DNA of 63,284 nt, counting the filler, from Octopus bimaculoides (Eukaryota), in assembly GCF_001194135.2 (NCBI RefSeq). It is 4 parts of 4 records of this genome, joined end to end, with 100 filler letters (N's around TTAATTAATTAA, not from the genome) between each part and the next. Parts side by side here need not be neighbours in the genome. Positions count along the whole stretch, not along the records: positions 1 to 29,518 come from NC_068982.1; 3 more parts are not named here. One strand, 5' to 3'. The translations under genes were made by a program, and so were the position numbers. Below are positions 14,101 through 27,130 of this stretch, piece after piece. The notes under the pieces are model-generated. The model had not been told where the DNA came from. It worked only from the letters and a program-made list of their open reading frames with translations, and ran no database searches. Within the stretch, counting starts at the first letter, position 1. Each line of letters starts with the position of its first letter.

Positions 14101-14626
14101 ATGATGTCATGTGGTTAACATATATCTTATATAAAAGTTATGGAAGTATAAGGAAAGTATTGTTCCTTGCTTAACTCTTTATAGTGAATTGAAAACAGAA
14201 TTTTAAAATCTTTTAAAATTCCACAACTTCTACTAAGGGATTCTTTTATTGTTCTAGATTGCTCTGAACTAAGTCAGTATTTTCCATTTCATTTTCTAAC
14301 AGTTTATTTTCACTGCTTATATTATACATCTATATCAAATACATTTTTATATAAAAGAGTTAAGCAATAAACAATCTGCCTTAGACTGTTCCTGGTTCTA
14401 TGACACAATCTTCTTGTTTTAAAGGGGCCTGAATTAAATCTTCCTTCAAAATTGTATGTTAATTTGTTCCAAACACCAATTTAATAACAAAAAAGTTATT
14501 TTACTGAATTTTTTTGTTATTTTAAAAATTAATTGAAACAAAGGCAAGTGTGTATTTCAATAGAAATATGATAACAAAAGGGTTAATGACAATGAAGTGT
14601 TGCTTATGACATAATTTGGAACTCAC

Positions 14627-14750
14627 TGACATATCTCTCCACATATTTGCTTTAGTCGTGTGTGTGAGTTGTGCTGGATCAGATCTATTTGGTGTGACTT
14701 GCAGATCCACTGCACTAAATATGTTGTACTTACTCCATTGTGAAACAGAT
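14627..14750 (-). CDS. Candidate internal exon, product unknown
   Basis: Bounded by aag| and a strong |gtgagt donor. Two frames are open across all 124 nt (SVSQWSKYNIF...WRDMS and LFHNGVSTTYLVQW...CGEIC). No homology recognised. Confidence 0.25.
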
Positions 14751-15007
14751 CTTATTACAAAGAATAGTTGTAATTTGAACAGACATAAATTGCCCAGTTT
14801 ATGCCAAATTTTTTTTTCAGTAACATTTTTGATATGATAATCTTATATATATTTTGAGGAATACTATCTTAAAATCTAGGACAAAAATGCATGATAGGTA
14901 TTTAAAAAGTAGCAAATTTGTTAAAAGAGGTCTAGCTGTCATGTTAGCAAGCTGAATGTCTATACAGAAACTTTCACATCTGTTAGTTGGTTAATTGGTT
15001 AGTGTTC

Positions 15008-15114
15008 TCTGTGATTCTACATGAAGAATATACATGAAAAGAAAGGCTAATTTATTGCAAGTTCTGTGTCTACATGGAGAATATAGATAAAACAAAGGCT
15101 AATTTATAGCAAGT
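15008..15114. repeat. Diverged ~55-bp tandem duplication
   Basis: tctacatg(a/g)agaatata...aaaggctaatttat(t/a)gcaagt x2. Confidence 0.85.
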
Positions 15115-15543
15115 CAGTGATGTAAATTGTTACAAAGCTGTGCTATTATTTCCATAAAAAAAGCAAAAGTATAATCAAAACAACGTAGTTTTGAAATGAA
15201 TCAATAATGTCAGAAAATAAAATTGCATTATTAGCATTGGAAACTATGCAAGAAATAATATGCCTAGTATTCTATTGACAATTGTGATGGCAATAGACTT
15301 TCTAATTACACAGTAGAGGTTGTATGGATCTGTTGTGACATTACTATCAAATTTATGGTAATTACTGGTGTAGAAAAAGTTGATTTCTTGTCAGTTGTTC
15401 CAATTAAAGCATTGACTGAGAGAGAACACGTTATAAAATGATTACCATGGAAACTGGAATGTTACACACTGCAGTGTGTGTTTAATGTTGGAAATGTATG
15501 TACGTTGTATACATACATGCACATGTGTGTGTGTGTGCGTGTG

Positions 15544-15579
<36 letters not shown>

Positions 15580-18500
15580 TATGAATAAAAAAGAGATATG
15601 CAATATAACAATCAGTGTCATTTGATACTGAAAAGTAAAGCATGATCAAGATAAATTTACTGTGTAGATAAGCAGTTATTAGAGAAAATCTAGGAGAGAT
15701 AGGTCGCTGAGTTAATAATACATCAGTCTACCCCCAACCCCCACATAAAGGAGCTAGTTTGTATCTTGTCTTTTCTTTCAAGGTGACTACACTTATTTCA
15801 GATTGTTGAAATTGCTTCATAGTGGCTTGGTTTTCCTTTTAGAGCTGGAAAATACTTCAGCTCTTAACAACTGTTAATTCTGTACAACACACAGATTCGC
15901 CTTGCATTAGAGATCTGCTTAATTTTTGTTGTATCCGATTCTCTTCTTCCTTACACTCTTTCTTTCTGCACTGAACACTTTTCCTAATCTTTCTTTCCTT
16001 TTACTACAACCTTTGGAACACATCCCATGCTCATGATCTTCTCTCAGCCACTAAACAAGAATTCAGACAAAACATTAACTTTTTTATGGCCTAGCTAGAA
16101 GAGGAAGGATTGGAGCTATTAACCTTTACAGGGCTATTAAAACTGGTGATGAGAAAGGAAGAGAAACCATTCATCAAATATAGTCCTTCCAATGAGCTTC
16201 CATTCAGTTTTTGTCTACCCAATTTCACTCACAAGTCTTGCTAGAAAATCCTTGTCCAATGTACCATGTAGTGGGATTGAACTTGGTGGTATGGGACTAT
16301 GAAGTAAACTTCTTAACCATATAGCTATACTTGCGTACATCTCATTAACTTTTCCCCAGTTATCTGAATCTTGGAAAGCTATGGCTGTTGCTCTTATTCA
16401 TTAAACTAACTAATAAAACAATGGTATACTTTACTTAGTTGTAAATCAGTACCAGTTCAATGCTGCAAACAGCTGAAGCATCACAATTGAAATCTGCTTT
16501 TTCAGTTTGAGTTACAGAGCTGAAGTTTCCTTACATGTTTAGCATGGAAATAAATGGTCTCTTTTAGGTTGACTTACCTTAGTTAAACTGCATGGAAACA
16601 AAATCTTCAGTGGTGCTGCAATGAAGAGATGGGTTGCAGAAAATTTGATCTGCTTATGGAACAGTAAGCTTGCTTTTATATATTCAAAAAGGAAGAAATC
16701 AATAGCTTTCACATACAACAAAATGTTCTTATTGTAAACATCTAATGGAAATAATTATTTCTTTTGATATACCTCAATACCTCTTTTTGTAAGGGAAGGG
16801 ATATTGTTCATGGTATTAAGCTCCAATATATTGTATGCTCTCATTTTATTTACTAAGGTAAGGTCTCTAGTAAAATTTGAAGCCAAAGCAATGAAGCATA
16901 AAACAAGATACAATATAGGAACTAATGTGACTATCTATCATTTTCAGTATTGTCATCACAGTTTTTATGGAATTAAAAAAAAAATATATTATTAGGTGAA
17001 TCTGACAGAATTCCTTTGTTCAGACAACCTACTGAATTATATCCCCTGTAAGTTGAACTCTTGTTATTGAACAAATGATATTTCTTGAGTGCTACTACAG
17101 TTTTACAGTTAGGAAATAGAAAGGAACAGATACATGCACTAACAAAGAATTACAATAGTTCAAATTTTATCTAAGAACGGTCTTTGATGGGTTTTGTTCT
17201 TAAGGTTACTTTTATTCAAGTTAGATGATCAGAAATCAAGTGGATGCACATCCTAATAATGAAGTGCTTAAGCAAAACACTTTTACCATAGCTTGTGTTG
17301 TAAAATATTGAGTTTCGAACAACGTGGTAGAGTCATATTAGCCATTTAAAACATACATACACTGATATGATCATCTCAGTTTTATCATTATTTCTTTCTT
17401 TTTACAACAGAGTCACAAGACAAAACAAAACTACAAAAAGAAACAGTAAAAATAAAAGAAATAAGTAATTATGATAAGCTAATGGACATTGTTGTAAAAG
17501 AGATTGTTAGAATGAGAGAATGCGTGTATATATAAGAAAAATGGAGAGAAGAGGAAAAAAGAAACAGGAAGGTAAATCTCAGTAGTAATAAGAAATGTCT
17601 CAGTTTATATACCAAGTGATTTCTAATAGATACTGTCAAGTGACAGAATATAAATTGTTCTATGAAAGTCATTGATGCTATTGTAAAAAATAAAATAAAT
17701 GAAATGAAAGTGAATACAGCAATGTATGTGTATTTTAAGGATTAATGTGAATGACTTTACCAAAATGTATCTGTTTTAGTTTCAACACATGACCTCACAT
17801 ACAATCATTTACCAAACAAGAGCAACAAAGGAAGTTATATTTGGAATATATGAAGGTTTGAAATAGCAACATGAAGAAATCTATTTATATACATTACTAG
17901 AATTAGTTATATGCATAAAATAAACGTTTTTTCATCAGTTTTAAACATTTCAAAACAACCTACCTCAATATAAGTCTTTCATCCTGCGTTCTCTCCCTCT
18001 TTCTTCCTTTTTGGTTTTTTTTTTGTAAAATCACCGCTTGTGTAAATGTATGTTTTTTTTTTGTTTTTTTTACTTTTTTTTATATACTATGTTCTTCAAC
18101 ACGGCTAGTCACAGTACTACGTGGACATCTGCTGCTTACTTAAGGTGTCAACTAATTTTTTTTCCATCTCAGTGATAATTTCAATCCATCTCTGTGATCT
18201 ACTGGCCAACTGATTGATCTACTCATTATCAATCATATTTATGGCCAAACATTTTTGTTTATGTGGCTTCACATATCATTGAAACTCTTGGTTAAATAAT
18301 TGATTTCTAACTTTATTAGGAAAGGAATAATGTCATTAGAACTAACCCTCCATCTATTACTGGCACTGATTTTATTGACCCTTGGAAGGTAAATACAACT
18401 CTGCCAATACTTGAACTCAAAATGAAAATACACATACATAAATGTCACATGCTTTTGCCACACCATCCTTCCATTCACTAAACAATATTAACCATCAGTT

Positions 18501-19089
18501 TTATCTTTGTTACTATGATAATTTCCTAATGGTATAATCTTGTGAAAGAAGTCATTTTTATTAGCTAGCAACTAGACATGTGTCTACTAATATATAAAGA
18601 AGGGGAGTACACTGTAACAATAAGGAGTAATTAAATTTCAAGAGAATATAATTTTAGTTTTATAATCGAAATTGAAGAATGGTGAATTTGTGAAGTGGAA
18701 TAAATTGAAGCATTTCTGTTTCATAAATGAACATTTCAGACATTTAGAAATTAGACTTTATTCCTATATTTCAAACTAATTCTTTGTATATTTTGTTGGA
18801 TATCTTATAAATGTTTTGAAATAAGGAATAATGTGTCTTAGTAAAAGTCTTTATAGTGGACATAGTCAAGACTGATTAGTAGCAGGAACTTCCTGAGTGC
18901 TATAGCATCCGAGAAGGATCTTTGTTTTGGATGCAGAGTGCAAGCACTGTGTACACAAAAAGTGAAATCTTTAACAAACATGCTAGAGTTACACCTGTAG
19001 CTAAAATAACGAAGTACATTGCCTAGATATATGTATCTTGATGGAAGTGGTTGATAAAAACTACTTTGTATAATATATAGTTAGTATTG

Positions 19090-19280
19090 CTCTTTTACTT
19101 GTTCCAGTCATTTGACTGTGGCCATGCTGGAGCACTGCCTTTAGTCGAGGAAATCGACCCCAGGACTTATTCTTTGTAAGTCTAGTACTTATTCGGTCGG
19201 TCTCTTTTGCCGAACCGCTAAGTTACAGGGACGTAAACACACCAGCATTGGTTGTCAAGTGATGTTGGTGGGGGACGCAA
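19090..19280 (-). mobile_element. SINE S1 3' half
   Basis: Matches the 11320-11500 portion of the full-length copy. Confidence 0.82.
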
Positions 19281-19344
19281 CCAAAGTGATAACTTCACTT
19301 TATTTTCTCCAGTTAACACTCTCAAAGTTTGAGAGTGTTAACTA

Positions 19345-20038
19345 GAGAAGTTAACGGCTACGCTCGAATGATGTTTTTTACGTGCCACCTGCAAAGGAGC
19401 TAGTCCAGCGGCACTGGCAACAACCTCGCTCAAATGTCTTTTCATGTGTCACCGGCACAAGTGCCAGTAAGGTAATGCTGGTAACGAACATGCTCAAATG
19501 GTGCTATTTACGTGCTACTGGCACGGAAGCCAGACAGCTGCTCTGGCAATGATCACGCTCGGATGGTGCTGTTAGTGCTCCACTGGCACGGGTGCCAGTC
19601 ATCGAATTTGGTTCAGTTACAATTTCGATTTCACTTGCCCCAACAGGTCTTTGCAAGCAGAGTTTAGTGGCCAATGAAGGAAAGGTTGGCATGGGTGCTA
19701 GTCGTCGAATTTGGTTCGATTTCGATTTCACTTGCCTCAACAGGTCTTCGCAAGCAGAGTTTAGTGTTCAGTGAAGGAAAGGTACGCATAAGTGGGCTGG
19801 CTACACCCCTGGCAAAGCCCACGAGTTATGGTCTCACTTGGCTTGCTGGGTCTCCTAAAGCACAGCATATTTCCAAAGGTCTCAGTCAATAGTCATTGCC
19901 TCAGTGAAGTCTAATGTTCGAAGGTCATGCTTCACCACCTCATCCCAGGTCTTTCTGGGTCTACCTCTTCCACAGCTTCCCTCAACTGCTAGTGTGTGAC
20001 ACTTTTCACTCAGCTATCCTCATTCATTCTCACCACAC
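19345..20038 (-). mobile_element. RTE LINE 3' fragment (ORF C-terminus plus 3' UTR with internal duplications)
   Basis: The minus strand reads GSCGRGRPRKTWDEVVKHDLRTL. A ~90-bp unit is duplicated (~19591-19686 and ~19694-19783). Confidence 0.85.
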
Positions 20039-21004
20039 ATATATATATATATAACTCAAAGAAACAGTCTCTCAACTTTACATGATTCTTACTCATGAAT
20101 AAGTCACAGGTAAATCCCTCATTTTTGTTACAATGGCTAAGTATTATAGTCTTTGGTTTTTCATGTTGATCACATGATCTCATGTTTATAAGATTTCTAA
20201 AACTGTGTTCTAGTGTTAGATTCCTTTTCAGGATCAGAAAATACTTCAGTTGTTGATTGTCTATAAAAATCTGGTTTAAATAAGATTAGAGAACTGCTCA
20301 CATATCTGGGATGGTGCATGTGATGCACACAAGCATTCTTGACTGCATCAGAAGCCATCCAGTTGATTAGCAAAGATTCATATATCAACACTCTATAATT
20401 AGTAGTCTACTGTTTTCTCTCTCAGTCTCTACAAAAAAGAAAAGGTGTGCATAGTTCTTAATATGTTCTGGCAAATTCAAAAACAAAATATGTTAGTTGC
20501 TGTTGTGTATGTCACAGGAGAGTAACTTCTTTTACAATGACAGTATATTCATAACACATTCAGCTCATTAGCACAAGGGATTTTGGGACACCAGTGTTTT
20601 GGCATGTTATATTTTGTTGTACCTAGTCCTTTGAGTCTAAACAAACCATTGGCTTTGTTTATAATTTTAACAAAGAAAACTGTTTTCTGATCAGTGCTTA
20701 TATTTGCCAGTCTATAAAAATTGTTAATGGCATTATTTAAATTGAGATCTGAAATGATGATTTGAATATATATATTCTTAATACATACCAGCACTATCAA
20801 ATGCAAATCATCATTGTGGATCTCACTGTACATTATGCAAATAGCAATTTTTCTTCTATAATGGTGCATAATTCTCTGAACTGTATTCTGTCTCCTTTCA
20901 AGTTCAGTTGCCTCCCAAGTGTTTCTTACTCCACAAACCATGCACTTTAGTACTTAACTTTACCTTTTCTCCCACTAAATTACTATTCTCTGAAACAATT
21001 CCCT

Positions 21005-21195
21005 GTTCATATTGTTATTCAGCTGCAGGTGAGCTCCTGTTGAGCAGGTCCACGTTAAGAGCATTTTAGCCATGACCACTATTTCTTAGTTTTTGAAACT
21101 CACTCTTTCTTTTTTTAAGAGGATTGGATGTAATATGTGAATTGGTTGCTATTTCTAGCAAATTGAGTAACCATGTGGGGGCTTCCTTGTTGTGT
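21005..21195 (+). repeat. Unclassified interspersed repeat (related copies at ~23820-24015 and ~42995-43205, fragments elsewhere)
   Basis: Shared motifs gcatt(c/t)(c/t)agc(c/t)atg(a/g)(c/t)ca and (g/a)atttggctg(c/t)tatttct. Confidence 0.55.
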
Positions 21196-22090
21196 TTTCC
21201 CAACAAGCATCAACTTACAGCTGTTGACATTAAACATTAATGACATTAATTTCACTGGTGTGAAAAAGGGGCTTGTCATAATCATGGATGCTTCCCTTCC
21301 TTTCTTAGACTGAATAATAATTTTGTTAAAAATCCCTTGAACAAAAATAAAACAACAACAACAACAACAGTAATAGCTATTAAAACAATGTCAGGAATTT
21401 CTTTTCTAATTGCATAAATAGATAAAAAAAAAAGAAAGATATTCACTCTTGTTAACAACTTGTAAGAAATAATCAATTTGTTATGTAAAGAATTGTGTGG
21501 AGAATACCAAGATTTAATTGATATTGAAGTTAATTCTGTAGAGGTTAATTTCTGTAAGTGATCTCTACTATTGAATTCCAATATACATGCTCTTTTATAC
21601 AACTTTCACAAAACTGAAATTGGTTGAATGAATTTCAATCAATCTGATTATAATGGTATTCACATAGCTGTGTTTTTGTAATTTAAATAAAACATAAAAC
21701 ATTCAATTATATGTGTGCTTGTATGTATGCATGCATGCGTTTGCATGTATGTATATGTGCATAGTTTATTTTAAAAGTGAGAACTATTACGCTCTTAAAC
21801 ATCTGTTGACCATTTCCAAAACTTATAAATTTGCTTCGCTGAAGAGAACTCCTCTCATATCGGATGCTGTACTCCTTTAAGCCCTGATACTTTGGACTCC
21901 ATGAGAGAACCTCAACACCTCTACATAGTTACTCAACCTACTAAGAATAACAGTCAAATCTCTCTCAAATTACTCCCTATTATTTTAAATAAATGATGAC
22001 ACATAGATGGTGATGTGCAACAAGACAGGCTGGTCATGGCTGGAATAATTTTGATCTAAAGTTTGCCTAATTGGGTTGAGCTGGGATTAA

Positions 22091-22310
22091 CCCTTTAGTG
22101 TTCAGATTACACTGTTAAATGTAATACTTTTCCATTCAAATTGTTTTGAATTAATCATGCATTATGTTATAGCTTTGAGGTTTCAATGATATGATTGTTT
22201 ATATTTAGAATGTCACTGTAGGTTAGGTGTGAGAGGCTAGATATGGCCAGTTTGAATATAAAACATGTAGAATATTTGGGCTGGATATGGCCGGTTTAAA
22301 CACTAAAGGG
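22091..22310 (+). mobile_element. piggyBac-type MITE (~220 bp)
   Basis: TTAA|CCCTTTAGTGTT ... AACACTAAAGGG|TTAA: 12-bp TIR, TTAA TSD and CCC/GGG ends. Confidence 0.85.
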
Positions 22311-22396
22311 TTAAACATCATCATCATCAGCAGCAGCAGTAGAAGCAGTTGAAAGCTATTTTTGTGATCATTATACTGTGTACTTCCTGTACCTCT

Positions 22397-22519
22397 TCAA
22401 ATGTTGGTCTCATAGACTTTGTTCATCAGAGCTTGCTGACTTGGCTGCATTTTGTCTGTCTTCAAATATACTTGTTCTAGCTGCTTCTCTCTTTCAAATT
22501 TCTCACACTTGGTTTCTTT
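22397..22519 (-). CDS. Candidate terminal coding exon, product unknown
   Basis: ttggttttacag| is followed by the purine-rich frame KETKCEKFEREKQLEQVYLKTDKMQPSQQALMNKVYETNI*. No homology recognised. Confidence 0.25.
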   Translation of the reverse strand, partial: KETKCEKFEREKQLEQVYLKTDKMQPSQQALMNKVYETNI

Positions 22520-23290
22520 CTGTAAAACCAAAGTACTTAACATTAAATGCCATCCTACATTCCCCAAACTGACACTCCCTAGAACTTTCTTCATTCCAAA
22601 TATATTCTTGCTGTAAAAAATTCTGGGACATTTTTAACTACATATTAACAATACTACCTTCAATCAGCTTTCACCCTCTTGATCCAATTAAATCTCTTGT
22701 AAATTATGAACTTACTCTTTTTGTCGAGTCCAAAACTGCTGCTTTTAAAACCTGGTGTACCATCTTTTGGAAAAAGTCAAGATTTTCTACAAAAAATTTC
22801 TCAATTGTTAACTATAATGATTATGCAAAGTTATAAAAAAAAGTCAGTTTACAAATATTTATAATTATATATTTTTTTTACAATAAACTTAATTACATTT
22901 TCATACATATATAATAAAATTATTTAATGTGACCTTGTTAGATTACTCTCAATTCAATGTGATTTTCAAATACAGAAAGATAGAAAGGTTCTCTGACTGA
23001 TTTTGACCTTATGCATAAAGAAGAATCTAACTATCTATCTATGGCGATTTTATTGAATAAATGTACTCTTTAGTATTTCAAGATATTTTAATGTAATTTT
23101 GATACATATATAATATCTGTTAAATTGAGAAATCAGTGTTATTTTCATTTTTGCGTAATTTAGATGGCAATTTATTTATCCAAAAGTCATATAGTCTGTG
23201 GCTTTCTTGAAATTATATACCCTGGTACAAAGCTGGTCTGCAAATTAGAACACGTATCTACTTTTCTGTATCAAAATATATTTTACTTTC

Positions 23291-23321
<31 letters not shown>

Positions 23322-24057
23322 TTTCAAATAATGTTGGATCACTGGTTATTTTATTGATTTTTTTTTCAGTATTTATTTTATGTTACTTTTAATAATATAA
23401 AATTTTTAACTCTGAAAACTTTGCAGTGAAAGTTTGATTAGCTGTCTTTGGAGAACATTTGTAACGAGTTTATTTTTCTCTTCTGTTCTTTTTGTAAACA
23501 TTCATTCTCTAGACAAATAACATATGTTTTCCATATTATATTTCACCAGTACATCTTATTATAGAAAGCTCTTTCCTTCATTGTTCATTATGTGTTTTGC
23601 ATGACCTGTATTTCTCATTCATTTATTTTCTTTTAATGTTTTTAACAATATTCTCTTTATGGGAATGTTTCTCTAAAAGCCACACAGAAGATATTTGACA
23701 TACAGAAAATTTCTTTATTTGTCGACAAGCTATTTTTCTCTGTGTCATTCTGATAGTATTCACACAATGCTTCTTTTTTTTTCCTTGATAAAGTTATCAC
23801 AGAGATTTCACTGTAGTTATTCTAGTTCCTTTTTAACTCCTGATCATCCCCAATCAAGATTATAGAAGCCTATGACCCAAAGCATTTCAGCTATGGTCAA
23901 CATCTTTTTTCCAGACGAAGTACATCAAGGACTACATTATACAATGTCCTTTTCAGTCTTTTTAAAAAAAGGACTTTGTAGTGTGAAGTGAGGGAGATTT
24001 GGCTGTTATTTCTTCTGGTAGAATCAACATTTCTTGTCAAACATTGAGCGAGTGGTA

Positions 24058-24117
24058 GACAAAATCAATACATTATTAGTTTTGTGTGACAAAATCAATA
24101 CATTATTAGTTTTGTGT
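24058..24117. repeat. Perfect 30-bp tandem duplication
   Basis: GACAAAATCAATACATTATTAGTTTTGTGT x2. Confidence 0.95.
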
Positions 24118-24406
24118 TAACTGGGACTTCTAATTTGCCTAATGGTTTATTCAACAACTGGTTGAAGTAAGCTGCTAAGCAAAACTTGAAACCCCAGTCA
24201 ACACCACCTTAATAATAAATTTGACTCTACTCTGACTATTGAATTAGTAAATGTTCTCTTGTTATTCTTAAACAAGCTTTAAAATAATAACTGCCATTTA
24301 TATTTTTGAAAGGGGAAGTACTGTATTCATTTGTGTATAAATCACACTTGTGTATAAGCTACACCTCTAATGTATTAAATCTTGGTATAAAATATTTTCC
24401 CTTTAT

Positions 24407-24626
24407 TCCTTTAGCATTCAGATTACTCTGTCAAATGTGATACTTATTTATTCACATTGTTTTGAATTAATCATGCATTATCTCATAGCTTCAAGATTTC
24501 GATGATGTGGTTGTTTACCTTTAGAATGACATTGTAGGGTATGTATGAGAGGCTAGATCTGGCTAGTTTGAACATAAAACCAGCAGAATATTTGGGCCGG
24601 ATATGGCTGGTTTAAATACTAAAGGG
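24407..24626 (+). mobile_element. piggyBac-type MITE, same family
   Basis: cctttagcattcagattac...aaatactaaaggg; interior matches 22091-22310. Confidence 0.8.
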
Positions 24627-25379
24627 TTATAGTTTTAGTTTTGTCCTGTGTATAAGTTGCACCCCAGTTTTTTTCAGTTAAAATCAACTATAAAATAGTG
24701 TGACTTATAATTGAGTAAATATAGTATATTTAATTAAATTGATCTTTGTATACAACTGGTACCTATTTTATTGATATCTTCCAGAGTGATTAGAAGAAAA
24801 AGGTAACACACAGATTTTAATTCACTCCTAAAATTTCTGAAATTAAATACAATTGAAAATTTTCTTTAAACTTGGGAAGTTTCTTTCCAAGGTGCTGACC
24901 AATATTTTTATGCCTATGCATGCTAATCTACCCTCACCACTCCACCAATGCTAGCCAAAGGAAAGTCAAGGGTTGGTTCAGTTTAATACCTGTGTTATCG
25001 AGACAATGCCATTAGTATGCTAAGAGCCAGAGCATCTACCGTAAAGCATCTTGACTAATGTTAGACTGGTACTTTATTGATGCCAAGGAGAAGAAAGGCA
25101 AAATTGACCTTAGCCAAAATTTGAACTCAGATATAAGAACAAATACTGCAAGGTATTTTATCTGATGCTCAAATGACTCTTCAAATTTGCTGCTTTATTT
25201 TAACACTGATAAGGTTAAATTAATATAAGGCAGTTAATAATTTGCAATAAATTATGTTGTATACAGACTGCTTCTGTCTTATTATACATGGAGGACAAAT
25301 ATAGAAATCAGGCTTGGAAACACTGATTTAGATACTATTATTAGATTTCTGTATTTCTTTCTTCAGTTTTAATGCTGCG

Positions 25380-25760
25380 ACTGTTGAGGACATGTGAAGT
25401 TTTGAAAGAAATGAAACCAGTATGTTCTGCTGGATGGGTAACATCAGTGTGCATATGCAATAGAGTGTAAGTGATTTGAGAGAAAAACTGGGTATATGGG
25501 ACATCAGACATAGTGTGCAAGAGAGAAGACTGCACTGATATGGTCATGTAATGCATATGAATGAAGACAGTTTCATCAAGATGTGTCAAGCTCTAACTGT
25601 GGAGGGAACATGATGTGGAAGGGGTAGACCTAGAAAGATGTTGAATGCAGTGGTGAAAGGATCTTCAGATGTTGGGCCTCACAGAGGGGACGACAGGGGA
25701 GTGAAACTTCTGACAGTTTGCTGTGCTTGAGAAGACATGTCAAGCTAAGTAAATATGTGG
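25380..25760 (+). mobile_element. RTE LINE C-terminal fragment
   Basis: ERNETSMFCWM, LREKLG, VQERRLH*YGHVMHM and GRGRPRK motifs. Confidence 0.85.
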
Positions 25761-25918
25761 TCATCCTTGCATACAGACAGTAAACATTCATGAAAACATA
25801 TGTGCACACACATACACACTCTCACACACATGCACTCTTATACACATACAAGATGGGCTTCATAGAGTTTCCCCTTAACCAAATTCACTCAGGAAGTATT
25901 GGTTAGCCCAACCTGCAC

Positions 25919-26004
<86 letters not shown>

Positions 26005-26477
26005 CAATTCTTTGAAATGAAAGATGGTGGTCTTCCAGACCAGAGGCTATTAGCGAGCATGAATAGGTAATTAATAAATCTTATCCTAGGCACAGTTTTT
26101 CTAACAGTGAGAGTAACTCATTATAGAGTGGTGAATGGTTTTTGACAGTTGGGTTCATCCTGACAAACTTCTCTGTGTAATCATTCAAGCTGGTCCATTT
26201 CTTGATGAATGAGCCTGGAGGTTGTCATGTCAGGAGCAGAACCCTCCTGGTTGTTAACTTTAATGTTAATTTTCTTTTTCTTGTATTGCTTTTATGACAT
26301 TCTTAAAGTGATTCAGCTGTTCCCTTCTTGTTCAGTTCCCCTCTCTCTGCTGACTGTAGAGAATTAGCTTGTGGAATCACCTGACTTCCATTTCAAACAT
26401 ACATCCTGTTTATCGAAAGCAGTTTTCAAATGGTGGTATTTGCTTCTTTAAGAAAACCAAATGTTGGTTCTATAGTT

Positions 26478-26820
26478 CGTGGCACCTTGGGCAAGTGTCT
26501 TCTACTATAGCCTCGGGCCGACCAAAGCCTTGTGAGTGGATTTGGTAGACGGAAACTGAAAGAAGCCTGTCGTATATATATGTATATATATATATATATG
26601 TGTGTGTTTGTCTGTGTTTGTCCCCCCAACATCGCTTGACAACCGATGCTGGTGTGTTTACGTCCCCGTAACTTAGCGGTTCGGCAAAAGAGACCGATAG
26701 AATAAGTACTAGGCTTACAAAGAATAAGTCCTGGGGTCGATTTGCTCGACTAAAAGGCGGTGCTCCAGCATGACCGCAGTCAAATGACTGAAACAAGTAA
26801 AAGTAAAGTAAGTAAGTAAG
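26478..26820 (+). mobile_element. SINE S1, 5'-truncated, young
   Basis: High identity to the reverse complement of 11312-11706. Confidence 0.88.
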
Positions 26821-26824
26821 TTGT

Positions 26825-27130
26825 CTCAGTTGATCTTTAGAATGGTGTAAATGTAATGCCGGTGGAAGAGCTTCAATTAAGTCAGTAGATGATCCAGGCT
26901 TCTGATTTGTACTGGAAAGCAGGGATAGATTCAGTTCAGTTGTTTCAGCTCTGAAAAATTTATATTCACAGACGCCCAAAGGCATTTCTTGCATATTTCA
27001 AATGATGTTGGATTTTGCAATTATGGATTATTTTAGTGCTGGTTATAAGATGACTCTCTAGATAGCCAAAGTTGTTCATGTCTTGAGCTGGTGACCCTTG
27101 AGTTTGATGGCAGATGATCTTACCCAAACT
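26825..27130 (-). mobile_element. RTE (BovB-like) RT C-terminal remnant
   Basis: MNNFGYLES, KYARNAFGRL and KSEAWIIY resemble FTYLGS, ARNAFGRL and YGSEAWT.Y; many stop codons. Confidence 0.7.

Noticed and set aside
16565-16760. Strong-looking splice signals on both strands (aag|gtaagt on minus; ctcttttag| on plus)
   Set aside because: No frame gives a recognisable peptide, and the plus-strand version has stops in all frames.
26470-26994. 174-aa ORF on the minus strand
   Set aside because: Chimera of an off-frame RTE remnant and antisense S1 SINE sequence.
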